64,000 nucleotides of DNA from Phallusia mammillata (taxonomy: Eukaryota): assembly GCA_965637545.1 (NCBI GenBank), contig OZ281500.1, forward strand, positions 23,684,001 through 23,748,000. Direction: 5' to 3'. The notes below the pieces were generated by a model, which ran no database searches, was not told where the DNA came from, and worked only from the letters and a program-made list of their open reading frames with translations. Numbering within the stretch: the stretch's first letter is position 1; every line of letters begins with the position of its first letter. Positions 52,701 through 64,000 of the stretch are shown here, one piece after another. A program made the position numbers and the translations under genes.

Positions 52701-55700
52701 ACAACTTATGCAAGAAACAAATATGTTTGACTTGATTTTTTTTTGCTGGATTAAACATCTAACCCAGGGGTTCTTAAGCCGGGGCGCACCCGCATTGTTC
52801 CCAGGGGGTGCGGGGATGCTTGTATAAAAATTTAATTACAATGGTTTTGTTATTTAAGCAATTACAGAAGGGGGTGCGAAAATTAGTTGGTGATTTGAAA
52901 GGGGTGGAAAAAGGTTAAGAACCACTGTCCATTGACAGGCAACGCAAGTGCAGCAGTGTTAAATTTAAACAATTAAAAGAACACGAAACAATAAAACAAG
53001 TGACGCAATAAACCTCAAGGAGAGTTTTTCCATAATTCGAAGCAAAAAAAGACAGATTCGCCCAATTTTTTTTAAATTATATCTCCCACCTTTCATCACT
53101 TGGCATGTCGAGCCATTCCAGGGCAGTGTAAATTCTCTCCTCATTAGGAACACTCCCATCGTATGTGTAATAATAATCCGGATATCGCGTAATGTTAACG
53201 TCACTTCCGGGCCAGAAATAAGTAGCTGATTTCTTGTTCTGGTTACTGACTGTCACCCAAATCTGAAAATAATACAATAAAAGCAAGGTTAGCAGTTCTG
53301 TTGACCTACAGTAGCCAAAAGTTGAGTTCCAAATCGTAGTACGTTGGACGTAGGAGGCTTTGCAAGGATCATGAAGTAAATGTCCCAAGCACTGGCATTG
53401 AATAACTATGCACAAAACTTCATGGTACGGAAGGAGTTGAACACAAGCCTAAAATTTGCGGACACATACTGAAAAAAAAATCAGATTTTCATTGATGTTT
53501 CAAGAGGCTGTCAGCAATGCGCTCCAATACAACACTATAAACCAATGGTTCTCAAACTCGGGTTTCGGGGCCGCATGCGGCTCCCAACTACTTATTTTGC
53601 GGCTCGCACCAGACCTCAGAAAACCACCAAATATTGCTATTTTAGCTTTCAAAGTAATCTTCTTTAGTGATTTTCTAAAGGTTTCGTTTTTTCTGCGGCT
53701 AGGGAGCCTTACTTAAAACACACTTAAAAAATACCATTTGACTTTGATTTCAACTTAAACTCTCACCGGTTCGCCTTCCCACCAGAAAGGATGAAAAGTG
53801 TTCGGAGACCCGAGATAGAATTCCTCCTTGTGTTGGTGGTCGAACATCGAATTCTCGATCACTCCATGGCTTTCAGCGTAAAGACCCTGAACAGCGACAC
53901 CAAGTGATATTGTGTTTGTAAAAATGTATTATTTATTATTATCTTCAAACTGGGAGGTACAGAAATCTATCTTTTTGAAAGTCGTCTGGATTCCCGTTTA
54001 AACCCTATAAAGTCGTGCAGTTAACAAGCTCTATGGTTGAATGCACAAAGCTCGCTAGGAAACCCGCTTTAGGCGTGCCAAATCGTGCATGTAACAAGCG
54101 CTGTCGTTGACTGCACGAAACTCGTTAGGAAAATCGCTTCAAGAGTGCAATATTGTGCAAGCAACACGCGCTAACATTGACAGCTCAAAGCTCGTTAAAA
54201 AAATCCGATTTCAGTGTACTAATCAACAGCAATTATTGCAGCGCAATCGCATTATCACAAAGTTAGAATGTTTTTGTGGTGTTTTTACAAGTCTTATACA
54301 AAAATATGTTCCCAAGCATGAAAACGTACCGTAGCGATTGTGTAATGGCTGGGAAAGGTGATGGTCGGATAAACCGCTCTCATATACGAAGCGTGGACGC
54401 CACATGAAGCTGTGGAAAGGTTTGACAAACATTAGTTGACAACCAAATGCAAAATACAACATGAATATGTATTGTGTCAAGTACTAATTGGGTGATTATA
54501 ACTAGGTGGTTCAAAATATTACATGGGGTAGTTTCCTATACAATATAAGTTTCAAAGTTTAAACTTGACGTGATAAAATGATGTAAGCAAGCAAGTTCAT
54601 TTAGTTGCATCACAAGCAACAAAACAGACAAAAAGTAGGAAAAAAACAAATGAAATAGTTGTAAATTGACGTCATATAAGGCTAGATCCACACACACGCT
54701 CGCGCGCCAGCGCATAGTTGGTTTGTTTCTTTATAGCCAGCGTAAAACGCCGGCGCGCGAGCTTAAGAAACAAACCAACTATGCGCTGGCGCGCGAGCGT
54801 GTGTGTGGATCTAGCCTAAAATTTTCAGTGCTTTTTTAACAAATGTTTAGAAGTACCTAGTTTAAAAACATTCGGTGTTTTTTCTCTGTATAAATATTCT
54901 GCCTGAAATCCGTCGATGGAAAACAGAATTACTGGTGGTTCTGGAAATCTGAAACAAAAATGAAAATGCTGGGTTGGCGCAAGATAATTTAATTAAACCA
55001 TTGAAAAATGCAGGTCAAATCTTATTTACCCGTTCACACCAGGTGTATATAAAGGTTCTCAATCGGGCTTTTAGATACCTATTTTGGAAGTAGTATGGTA
55101 TAAAACACCATCTCTCGAATTAGGCAAAACGCTTGTGCAAAAATATTAAGACGAATATGGAATTCTGGTTTTAATTAATTCACCAATTAATTCGAAACAT
55201 ACCCGCTTGGGCAGCCTAGTTGCTGTTGAGTTGGACATTCATCATCAATCCAAGCTGTCCCTCCTTTAATGTAAAAATTACGAGGTTGGTAAGTGAAATT
55301 TATGAGCGCAGTATAATGGTTAAATAGTAGAACACATCAATTGTCATTAAGAGCCGCTTTACATTGTTGCATGAGTACGAATGGGTTTTGGCATTTGGTT
55401 TTGGAAACGTTAGGTATTTTTAGTCAAATAAGCTGACTTGCTGACTTACATATTGCTGTTAAGTCTGAAAATCGAACTGAACCCATCAAATGCCTAAATT
55501 AGGCCATAAACTGAAAATTATCAGTGGGTTCAATATAGATATGTTGGGGTTGTACGCAGTGGTGGGGTTCAGCCGGTTCGCACCGGTTTTATAGAACCGT
55601 CTCACGAAATTTTATGAGATCAGCAAACCGTTAGCATTACTGGTTACTGTTAATGGACTTTTGGTAACAGAACCGGCTGAAAAATATGACTTTTGTGATA

Positions 55701-56524
55701 GAACTGGCTGACAAAAAAATTGAATACCACCACTGGTTGTACGGCTAAACGCAACAAATCAATACAAACCCTGTATGTATGCAAATTCCTGCAAAGAAAA
55801 TGAAATTACAACGAAAATATATCGAAGAGAAAATCTGTGCCCAAGTCCAGTCTTGACTTACACCCGATTTCCTGACAAAATTACAAGGCTGTTTCAGGGC
55901 AGATCCTTGATTTTCATAAGCTGTTAATTCGGTCGCTAATTTGTTCAGTTACCTTGGCATGAAGTCAGATAATCGGAGCAGCAGTTTTTGGCGGCAACGC
56001 ACACGTTTGTGCAATCACACCTGGCCCTTGTTACGTCACACTGTCCATTGCACAAATAATCTGAAATCGATAACAACAGAAATAATACGCGTTATTATGT
56101 TGGTTTTGACAAGTCGCATATTAAGGCTAAGATGTGTTAATTGCCCGAAAACGAAAAACATTTGCTAAAAGGTTTGATGCCATTTCTTACTGTGAGTACA
56201 GAAATCTTAACGAAAATTGTCGCATATTTTCAAACGTCTAATCTTGACCGGTTGCTAAAAACCTTGTGCCAAAATTTTTACCAACTACGAATTATATTTT
56301 AATCAAAAACATATCTATCAGAGTACTTGTGTATATAGAATACATTATGCAGACGTTTCAACAATCACTGTTGCCATCATCAGTGCAGACTGCAGGTGAT
56401 AATATAGCTTTTACAAGTATTGTTAAAAACACCTTTATCAGAAAATACCTGAATTCTGGGCCAAACCACAGTAAAACAGACTAAGCAAAGTCAAACAAAG
56501 CAGTGAATAGGTTCCACTTAACAT
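43731..56524 (-). CDS. ENPP-C: complete ENPP1/3-like gene with signal peptide, a single SMB domain, PDE, nuclease-like domain and C-terminal GPI-like tail
   Basis: Exons 56449-56524 ([25 protein letters not shown]); SMB 55953-56060; ~55202-55263; ~54856-54947 (SIDGF); ~54331-54410 (PTITFPSH); ~53768-53887; ~53090-53263; ~52280-52463 (LDHAGH, ADHG); ~50955-51150; ~50420-50522; ~49899-49968 (GMHGYDN); ~49175-49265; ~47841-48013 (APNNGT); ~47553-47604; ~46581-46742 (YGRP); ~46129-46255; ~45701-45778; ~44569-44695 (DYDYDGLPD); ~44146-44340 (PTHFF); 43731-~44015 ([10 protein letters not shown]...stop). Intron positions mirror ENPP-A and ENPP-B. The 44569/44340 junction phase is not fully resolved. 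Confidence 0.92.
46943..47434. mobile_element. hAT (Buster/Charlie-like) MITE
   Basis: TIR CAGTGGTTCCCAACCT / AGGTTGGGAAACACTG, perfect TSD CCCTACAT. Confidence 0.85.
48662..48819. mobile_element. Short hAT-like MITE
   Basis: ~20-bp inverted ends CAGTGATTTTC(G)ACCGGTGTT; TSD degenerate. Confidence 0.6.
51617..52175. mobile_element. Non-autonomous hAT element; a second, inverted and truncated copy lies at ~45064-45616
   Basis: TIR CAGTGGTTCTTAACC, perfect TSD GCCAAGAG. The interior is shared with 45064-45616 and partly with 5159-5580. It contains a decayed frame (..QTRLKVS..IDCDAI..) resembling the hAT C-terminal dimerisation region; that resemblance is an inference. Confidence 0.8.
54680..54816. 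mobile_element. PIF/Harbinger-type MITE
   Basis: Perfect 52-bp TIRs starting GGCTAGATCC, flanked by a TAA/TAA 3-bp TSD. Confidence 0.8.
55557..55735. mobile_element. hAT-type MITE family 1 (CAGTGGTGGGATTCA termini); further copies at 1605-1784, 9782-9950, 19164-19312 (inverted) and 22814-22993
   Basis: Related ~150-180 bp copies with ~15-bp TIRs. The TSD is perfect here (GTTGTACG) and 7/8 at 22814 (GGTACATT/GGTATATT). Confidence 0.85.
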
Positions 56525-57339
56525 GGCAAATTCTCTCAAAAACTGCAACCGTGTACCTAACTAAACAATTCGCTTCAACTAACGACGACCACATTGGTAC
56601 AGACTTGCTTGGTCAATAATTTCCTAATGCAGTTCACAAACAGAGGAAGGCAGTGGCAAAATTGATGGCCACATGGTGTCGACAAAGGGCGGGTGGTGGT
56701 ATGCATCAAGTTTTGACTAACGAGTGGCAAATGTAAACCGCACTGTCATAAACTCCAAAATTTACACCAGGGATTTTTACCCAAGGCCAAGGGGCACAAT
56801 TACCCCCAATAGGGTACAAAGTAGTAATACACCGACTACGCCCTGAAAAGTTCGGGCCGAAACCGAAAAAAATCTCGACCGAATCTGAAATATTCATCAA
56901 AACGGGTTAAACAAATTGGTTTGTTGGTAGTGCAAGTAAACAATATATCTTTTACGGTGTATGAGTAGTACGAACCCCCAAAAATCGTGTTTAATTTTGT
57001 ATTTTCTTTTGTAAAAAAAACAAAAATAGTTTTTTGTTACAATTTAAGATACGTTCGGAAATTAAAAGCAATTAATAAAAACGTATCATGTAAAATGTTA
57101 CTCGAATAATATGTACACAACTATGGTGTTGTATACAGGGGGTACAACGAATATTCATTAAATTTATTTTTGTCTCTATTCTAACACATATAAACTTCGT
57201 TTGGCTTTGAGGAAATGCAAAATTCATGTAAAATAAAAAAGAATAGCATTAACAAAAAACAGGTCTGTAATTGTCAAGTTGAAATTTGTATACAGTAGCA
57301 TTAAATTCCGAAAACAGTATTCTCTTAATTACCAAAAAG

Positions 57340-57809
57340 CAGGGAGTCGAACCGGAACTGAACCCGAACCCGCGAACCGGTTTGAGCGGTTAATTTCATT
57401 AAACCCGAACCGAACCCGAACCTCTAACTACGATTTTCCAAAAACCCGAACCGGAACTGAACCAGTAAAAAATGCAGTCTGTTTCATTTTTTGCGTTTTT
57501 TTTTCAAAACAGCGCACGCGAGATAACACTTATAGGGGGTGTCAAAAATAACAGTGCACTATCAAAATTCTTCTGGAGTTTTATAAGGCCAGGTAGATGA
57601 TTGGTAGATTAAATTGAAACAAATAAAAATTTGGACTGGTTTAAAAACCGCAAACCGATTCGGGCCAGATAATTTGCCCAAACCGAAACAAAACCCGAAC
57701 CCGAAATTATACATTTTTGAAAACCTGAACCGAACCCGAACCCTTAAAAACAAAACGAAGTGAACCCGAACCGAACCTGAACCCATATGACAAGCGGTTC
57801 AACTCCCTG
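57340..57809. mobile_element. Non-autonomous hAT element with AACCCGAAC/AACCGAAC subterminal repeats
   Basis: Termini CAGGGAGTCGAACCG / CGGTTCAACTCCCTG, perfect TSD CCAAAAAG. Confidence 0.85.
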
Positions 57810-58749
57810 CCAAAAAGTTTATTTGCATGCATTTTAATTTGTATGTCACTTTTTTAACTTCTGTATGTAATTTCAAGGTTTGTTAAAACTGCTGGTTTGT
57901 CCAGAATAACAAAAAAGTCAAAAACACCAGCCATGTGAACAGCAAAATGTCAATATAAACAACAAAAGTTTAATGCTGTTGGCTTTAGGGCAAAAAAGAG
58001 AAAAAGGTTCGAGAACCACTGCTGCACAAAAAAGGTTTACTGAAACCGGCAATGGTGATATCATAGAGGTTTTTGTGTCCCTATTGTTTCGCATGTGTTT
58101 GTAAACAATAGATCAACGATAACAAACGCAGTAAAGGCAGAAGAAAGCAGTTTGTTTATTTTTCTTACAGTCGGTTTGGCTTTTTTAGATTGGTTACTGC
58201 TGTTTTTAGTCTTAGACATGTAAAATAGGGAAAAAAATGTATTTTAAGTACAGACCTAGGAAAAAGATATGAAACGTGTTGTGAATTTGCATATTGGTGG
58301 TGTAAATAGGATATTCAAATACCTTTTTGGTACTTATTAACATTTGACTGCACTGAAACTCTTGAAATATATATATTTATATGCGTTGCTAATAGCTTTT
58401 TCGTGTTTTTTGTTGTTAGCCAGAAAATTGGACCGTATTTGGTTACTAAATGGTGTGATCTCAAATTTCAGTCAAATAATAATAATAACATGGTTGCAAT
58501 TGTGAGCTAGTACCTTTATTAAAGCAACAGAGCACTTACCTTTTTAGTCCTTTGAGGCCTTGACATTGGGCAAGACCACATTCTGCAACACTGTTTGTTG
58601 TGTAACAGCTAATCTCTCGAGACCTGTAGTAACGCATGGTGCAAAATATATCCGCAGGGCTAGAAATGAGCAGCTACTCATACAGCTAAGGCAGATGAAA
58701 ATCAAAAAAAAAACTACAGTATGGTGTGCTTGCTGGTTTAACTTTGTAT

Positions 58750-59120
58750 TAGTGAAGATTTGAATGTAGCATCTTGCTGCTGGACAGGCTGACCGCGTTT
58801 GACCCCAAACTGGCCATGTGTTTTTTGCGCGCGCGAGCCGCCGCCGGTTGTAATTGTGACGTTTCAAGATACGCTTGAGTAAACATCGCTCTGGGGCGAA
58901 AATTTTCCATTCGCGTCATAAGCCTGATTTGGAAGAAGAGAGAGAAAGGCGAACGTCGCGCGCACCGAAAGCGCAGCAGTTTGGGGAAGGAGAGGCCAGA
59001 CATGGTAGGTGCCTGTTCGTAGGAGGCAGAAATGTTTTTTTTGTTGTGTTGAGAGCGAGACGGCAGCGTGGTGGGAGATAAAAAAACTGTCGGTTGGCTG
59101 CTTGATGTCCGGTCTCACGA
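58750..59120 (+). promoter_or_regulatory. GC/CpG-rich putative promoter or first-exon region of ANKRD10
   Basis: Local CG-rich island (GCGCGCGAGCCGCCGCC) 0.6-1 kb upstream of the ATG, with a candidate donor (ATG|GTAGGT) near 59004. Confidence 0.4.
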
Positions 59121-59716
59121 CACTAAGGATTAAATTTTACAACAACCATAAAGTTTGATGCAATTTAGATATAGCAACTTTAAAAAGAGACGTAAGGTGC
59201 TTTTTGTAAGTTAGAAAAAAGTAAACTGCTAGAAAGTAAGAATAGCAGGCTTAGCAGCGTTATATTGCAAGGTAGACACTATACAACTGCTGGTCAGGTC
59301 TGGTTGGTGCGTTTTATAGATCATTGCTTTATTTATCTGTACTGTAAACATCTATGAAAAAGTGCCATTGTAAACTGTGCATATTCACATAGGCATGAGT
59401 GACAGACAAATTTGATTTTAGTTATCAGGTACAGATAATAAGTCTAAATCTCTTTTTGCTGCAGAGCTGTTTTTCCATGTAAAAGCGTCTTAGTTTATGA
59501 GTTAAAGTGATTTTGACATTATTGTTTTTTAACCAACAGATTCAGTCGTTTTGCTGCTTTGTCTTTTATGGTGTCAAGCAGTTATAGGGAAATTTCAAAC
59601 TCTGTCTGCTTGAGACAGCGTTCCAGTTTCGGTTCTTGCTTTCGGCCACAGTGGAGCGAAAGACATTAATAACAAAGTTCCTGCATCGAATACGAGAAGA
59701 AAAGCGTCGTGTAATC

Positions 59717-61631
59717 ATGGATAGTAACAACGATACACCTCTGGGTTTCTGGGGAACAGAAAGTGAAGAAGTAATCTCAAAACAGTTCCCGCTACACAAA
59801 GCTTGCCGCGACGGGGATGCGGTCGCCCTTTCCCGGCTGGTTGCGATCGCGACGCCCGATCAAATGGTCGCTGAAGATCAGTTTTACGGTTGGACGCCTA
59901 TACATTGGGCAGCGTACTTCGGAAAGGTTAGTCGTTTCCCTAAACTAAGCATGTCGCGCTTCGTTCGCTCGTTAGCATCAAAGCAAAGCACACCGCGGTG
60001 TGTTTATTTTTCAGAATCTGTGTTTGTTGGGTTAGAATTAGATAATTGGCTGTTTCATTCTCAGTACCTTCAATTTAAGTTTTCTGCTAGCACTATAGGT
60101 GACAATGGTAAATTGGGATGCCACTTTTTAATATCGGCTCCGGAAATAAAAAATATGCAAACAGTTTTAAACTTTTAACTTATTTATACAACGTGCTTTC
60201 TGTAGTTCATACTGTCATCAAGTCTAGACAATACAATGGTAGAGCATTGTTCAAACTTGCATTTTAACTTCAGCACTATCACCAAGACATTCATACTATT
60301 TACAAACTGACGCGAATTTGTATGTTTACCTGCTGTTTGCGTTCAGTTGCCACCCGAAAGCCTACCGAGATATTGCAGTGCTCTTCGTTTCTCTGTCAAC
60401 ACTGCAGGCGTAGTAATATGCTCTGCTCCTTCTATACACAATATAGCGACTAGCTTTGCTCTTTTACTACTTAACAAATTTTTTTTCGCACTACTTTGGA
60501 ATTTTAACAGCAAAGCAACTATCTGTTGTGAATATTAAAACTGAAAATAATTATTTTTTCGACAATTTTTTTGCGTTGGTTTTTAAGGCAAACTACAGGC
60601 TAAGGCGTTAATTAATCTTGCCTTAAACATGTTTGCAAAAGCCGGTAGTTAAGTTAATTGCACCGATCACTTATTATTTCCAAACCGCCGCAATTCAAAC
60701 GACTGTATTGGACACATAGGGGGAAGCTTTTATTCGTGAACACACGTTTCAATTTGGCAAGTGACACAAGCTCAGTACTAAAACTGTACAATATATTCGT
60801 GTTTACTGAATATACTTGAATCTAAATATAAGTCCCTGTCTATATGAGTCATGCAAGTGTAAGGAAGTTATTAATCTTCACACGTTTTCAACCAGATCGA
60901 CTGCCTGAACGGCCTCCTACGCACAGGGGTCAGTGTGAACATACGGACATCCCGATTTAAGCAGACACCAGCGCACATTTCAGCTTTCGGAGGCCACCCC
61001 ACCGCTCTACTTGAACTCATGAAGGCCGGCGCGGATTTTCATGCACGGGTGAGCACGTACCACGTGACTTTTGTTAGCAATCCTGGCGTTCCCACGAGTT
61101 GATCGCAGTTGTAACGAAACTTGTGTAGTGTAGTATTTCAAACGCTATGTGTTGTGTTGATTGGTACTTAACCTCGGTGGCAGACAAAATATAAAGATAA
61201 CACTTAACTGGAAAGATTGTTGAAACCTAAATTCGGTATATTAACACGACTGTATGTCTGAAGTTGTGGTCACTAGGTAGCAACTGATTTAGCAAGTTAT
61301 TATTCAAAGAAACTAATTCACTACGATAATGATTTTCAAAACATAAATTCATAAACCGGATTAACCCTAAAGCGTTCATGCAGACCAGCGATCACGGCAC
61401 ACTCATGTAAATCATGGTACGCTAGGCCCATTGAAGGCGTAATAACCAATGGTTGCATGTATATATGTATTTACCAAGTAGTAAACCTTAGAAGTTGTAT
61501 ATATATTTGCTAGGAAATGACATACAACATATTTTGCAGGACTACCTCGGCGAGTCACCAATGCACAAAGCTGCCAGAGTGGGGAATGTTGAATGCATTA
61601 AAGTACTTGTAACGAGCGGTGCACACGCAAA
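59717..61631 (+). CDS. ANKRD10: Ankyrin repeat domain protein 10-like (first three coding exons; the gene continues downstream)
   Basis: Exons 59717-59926 (SEEVISKQFPLHKACRDGD...EDQFYGWTPIHWAAYFGK), 60896-61048 (RTSRFKQTPAHISAFGGHP) and 61540-61631 (DYLGESPMHKAARVGNVECI). This matches the characteristic ANKRD10 N-terminus. The next exon was not identified in the window. Confidence 0.88.
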
Positions 61632-62306
61632 GTAAGTTTACATTGCTAATGTCTTCAAGAAAAACAAGAGATGTATAACCGTGCTAATGATAGTACAGAC
61701 ACTTTCAATGCATTACACGGTGCGCTAGAGTAACCCATAATGGCGTTTGTTGATTGCTTCCATACGGCCTAAGGGCATTTGAAAACCGTACACACCGATT
61801 CAAATGCAACACCTTGATGCACGGTTGTAAGCTGTTATTGGGCTGTGTAGTTCCGTTGCTGCCAAATTAATCCCATGGGCCTGTGATTAAAACCTCCGTG
61901 ATCGTCTGGTGTTTGTTGCTTTGTAATTTGCACTTGTCTCAAGTAGTAGTAAAATGCCTGCATGGGACAGGATGTAGAACGTTTTGACGACCGTGCATTG
62001 TTTATACGCCAGAAGATGCGTTTCTGCTGTACACAGGATGCATCGCCTGGCCCTCGTGTGCGCGTGTGTGTACATGTGTGTGCGAGCAACGTCTGCACGC
62101 GCCCGTTTTTGAGTTTGATTTGTTCGCTTGTTGCGTGTTTCTCACGAGCAGTGTTTCAAACAATATATTTTTAACAAATGATTTGTTGGTCGTACGTCAC
62201 TGTCATTTAATGCCAACGGATAAAGATAATGCAATGCACATGCACTACACGGACCGGTATGAATATAACATGACGTAGTACTAAGCCAAAAAATGCGTAT
62301 CTAGCA

Positions 62307-62483
62307 CAGGTTTGTTTTTAAGGTTTGGTTTGGGTGACCACTAAGTAGTTTTAAGAGACCGCAAGTGTTTCATTTAAATACCAAAAAATAGCCATCTTTG
62401 CTTAAACGAATTATTTGTTAGGCTACTGGCAAATTTTGGGAAACCGCTGGAGAAATTTGAAAAACACCTTAAAAAAAACACTG
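62307..62483. mobile_element. hAT-type MITE family 2; related copies at ~17790-17938 (inverted) and 44947-45063
   Basis: Shared core AAGGTTTGGTTTGGGTGACC(A/G)CTAAGTAGTTTTAAGAGA, perfect TSD ATCTAGCA. Confidence 0.82.
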
Positions 62484-64000
62484 ATCTAGCAGTTAAAATA
62501 TAAAATTTTCCGAAAAACGCGTGAACACTTGTGAAAATCGGTCCAATTTGACAGACAGGTGTAAACGATCGCTTTACCCGTGGTTAAGGCTTGATACGGT
62601 GGCAGGGTGTTGTACAACCACAAATAGGATAAACGTCGATATGCGCCGAGATTGAGGTCAAGTCGTTGACACAAGCGTCTTTAATGTGGAAAATCTCTGT
62701 CCGATTGAACAAAAAATATTTTCAGTACATCTTGCAAATAAACACAATGCACATGATGTTTTACATTAAAAAACTTAAAGCGTTTTTGTTACCAAAGAAA
62801 GTTTTACGGCAGAGTTAAATGTATTTTAAGTCTGTTATTTTCACGTTTTATTGAGTTTCGTCAATCGGTAAATGGCGTTTACTTTCACTTAAAGAATGAT
62901 AAAAACACATAGGCAGAAGTGAATAAAACACCAAAACTAACTCTAAAATTGTAATCCTTGTCTGCTGTACAGAAGTAAATGTGATTAAGCTTTTCAACTA
63001 AGCTTATTTCTAATGCGATGTTTTTTAATTTACTCTAAAATCCGTTTAACTTGCGTTCCCAACACTTTATACCTAACATGTGAGGAATTTTTTTTGCTGT
63101 TCGCTGTAGCACAAGTGTTTGGGTAATTCGTCTAACAACATAGATTAGATAGTTGATTGTGTAAAAATGCATTGTTTGTTGTCTCCTTATTCGAACAATT
63201 TTAATTTGTGTGGTAACATTGAATAAATGAAGATAATTAGCGAAGGGCATGCGAGGTTGGAATTATGACCTTAATCTCTGTTGGCCGTCAGTTTCTGCTT
63301 TTGTGTTTTTGGGATGCACTAATTATAATGAGCTCTTAGATTTGGACTGCTGCACTAATTACATCTTATAGGTCTACTAAGTGTGCTGCTGCTGCTATCA
63401 CCAATATTGAGATTTGTTTGAAGGCTTTGCTTTTGCCTCAGTTTCACAAAAAGTGTGTTACTGTTTAGACCAGTGGTTTTTATTTGTAACCGCTAACACA
63501 AAATAAAATTAAAGGCTTGATAACAACTTTGGCTTAAAAAATGCTTATAAAAGGCCTGTTTGACATTTTGGCTGTACATTAATTAATGCATTCACGATTA
63601 AAACGAGTGTGTTTGCAGCTAATAAATGAAATTTACTAGGTCAAACAATAAGATTTAATATTGGCAAAGCACAAATTAACAGGATTAGTCTTAGTGGGTG
63701 ACAGAAAAAGATTTGTGTTCCATCTACAATGCCTTATCAATTATTCAGCAAAAGACAAAACGGGCTGGTGACCACTGTTTGGAGTGAAAAGATAGTAGCG
63801 CACTTTATTTTAGGCACCATCTGTTTTGCGGCAAGCCTTTTGTCATCTTACTATACGCTGTAATATTCTCTAATATTATCGACCGGCAAATCGAAAGGCT
63901 TTATTTGTCTCTTTCGTAAATTTGTTTCGTTTTGAGATGTTTGCAAAATAGATACTCATTAACTAAGGTATATTAACCAAAAGACCGCTTTTTTCTTCGA

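Noticed and set aside
55862-55922. Extra in-frame exon right after the ENPP-C SMB exon
   Set aside because: It would need a ~32-nt intron, and the homologous linker exon (WIDDEC..CPSG) is already present at ~55202-55263.
59636-60178. 180-aa single-exon ORF from the track
   Set aside because: It begins at a non-ATG codon and reads through the donor at 59926. Only 59717-59926 is ANKRD10-like.
776-63250. Most short 60-120 aa ORFs in the supplied track
   Set aside because: They are antisense or off-frame shadows of real exons, or AT-rich intron and MITE noise without domain motifs.

Overview
AT-rich metazoan genomic DNA with many short introns. It is probably an invertebrate chordate such as a tunicate; that is inferred from gene content and intron style, not proven. 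Genes were assembled by hand from exons because the ORF track only catches fragments. Gene order: ENPP-A (minus strand, runs off the window start), ENPP-B (-), SRP68 (-), testin-like TES (+), ENPP-C (-), ANKRD10-like (+, runs off the end). The three ENPP paralogues are ENPP1/2/3-type (somatomedin-B [SMB] + alkaline-phosphatase-fold PDE, plus a nuclease-like domain seen in B and C). They are unusual in two ways. They begin with a cleavable-looking signal peptide, and the two complete copies end in a GPI-anchor-like hydrophobic tail. They also carry 7, 4 and 1 SMB modules, each on its own symmetric phase 1-1 exon. Introns hold many hAT-type MITEs with 8-bp TSDs, a Harbinger-type MITE, a tRNA-derived SINE family, a 5'-truncated LINE with a 9-bp TSD and a 193-bp near-perfect intronic inverted repeat. 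No rRNA, bona fide tRNA, CRISPR array or intact transposase was found. Exon coordinates marked ~ are approximate.
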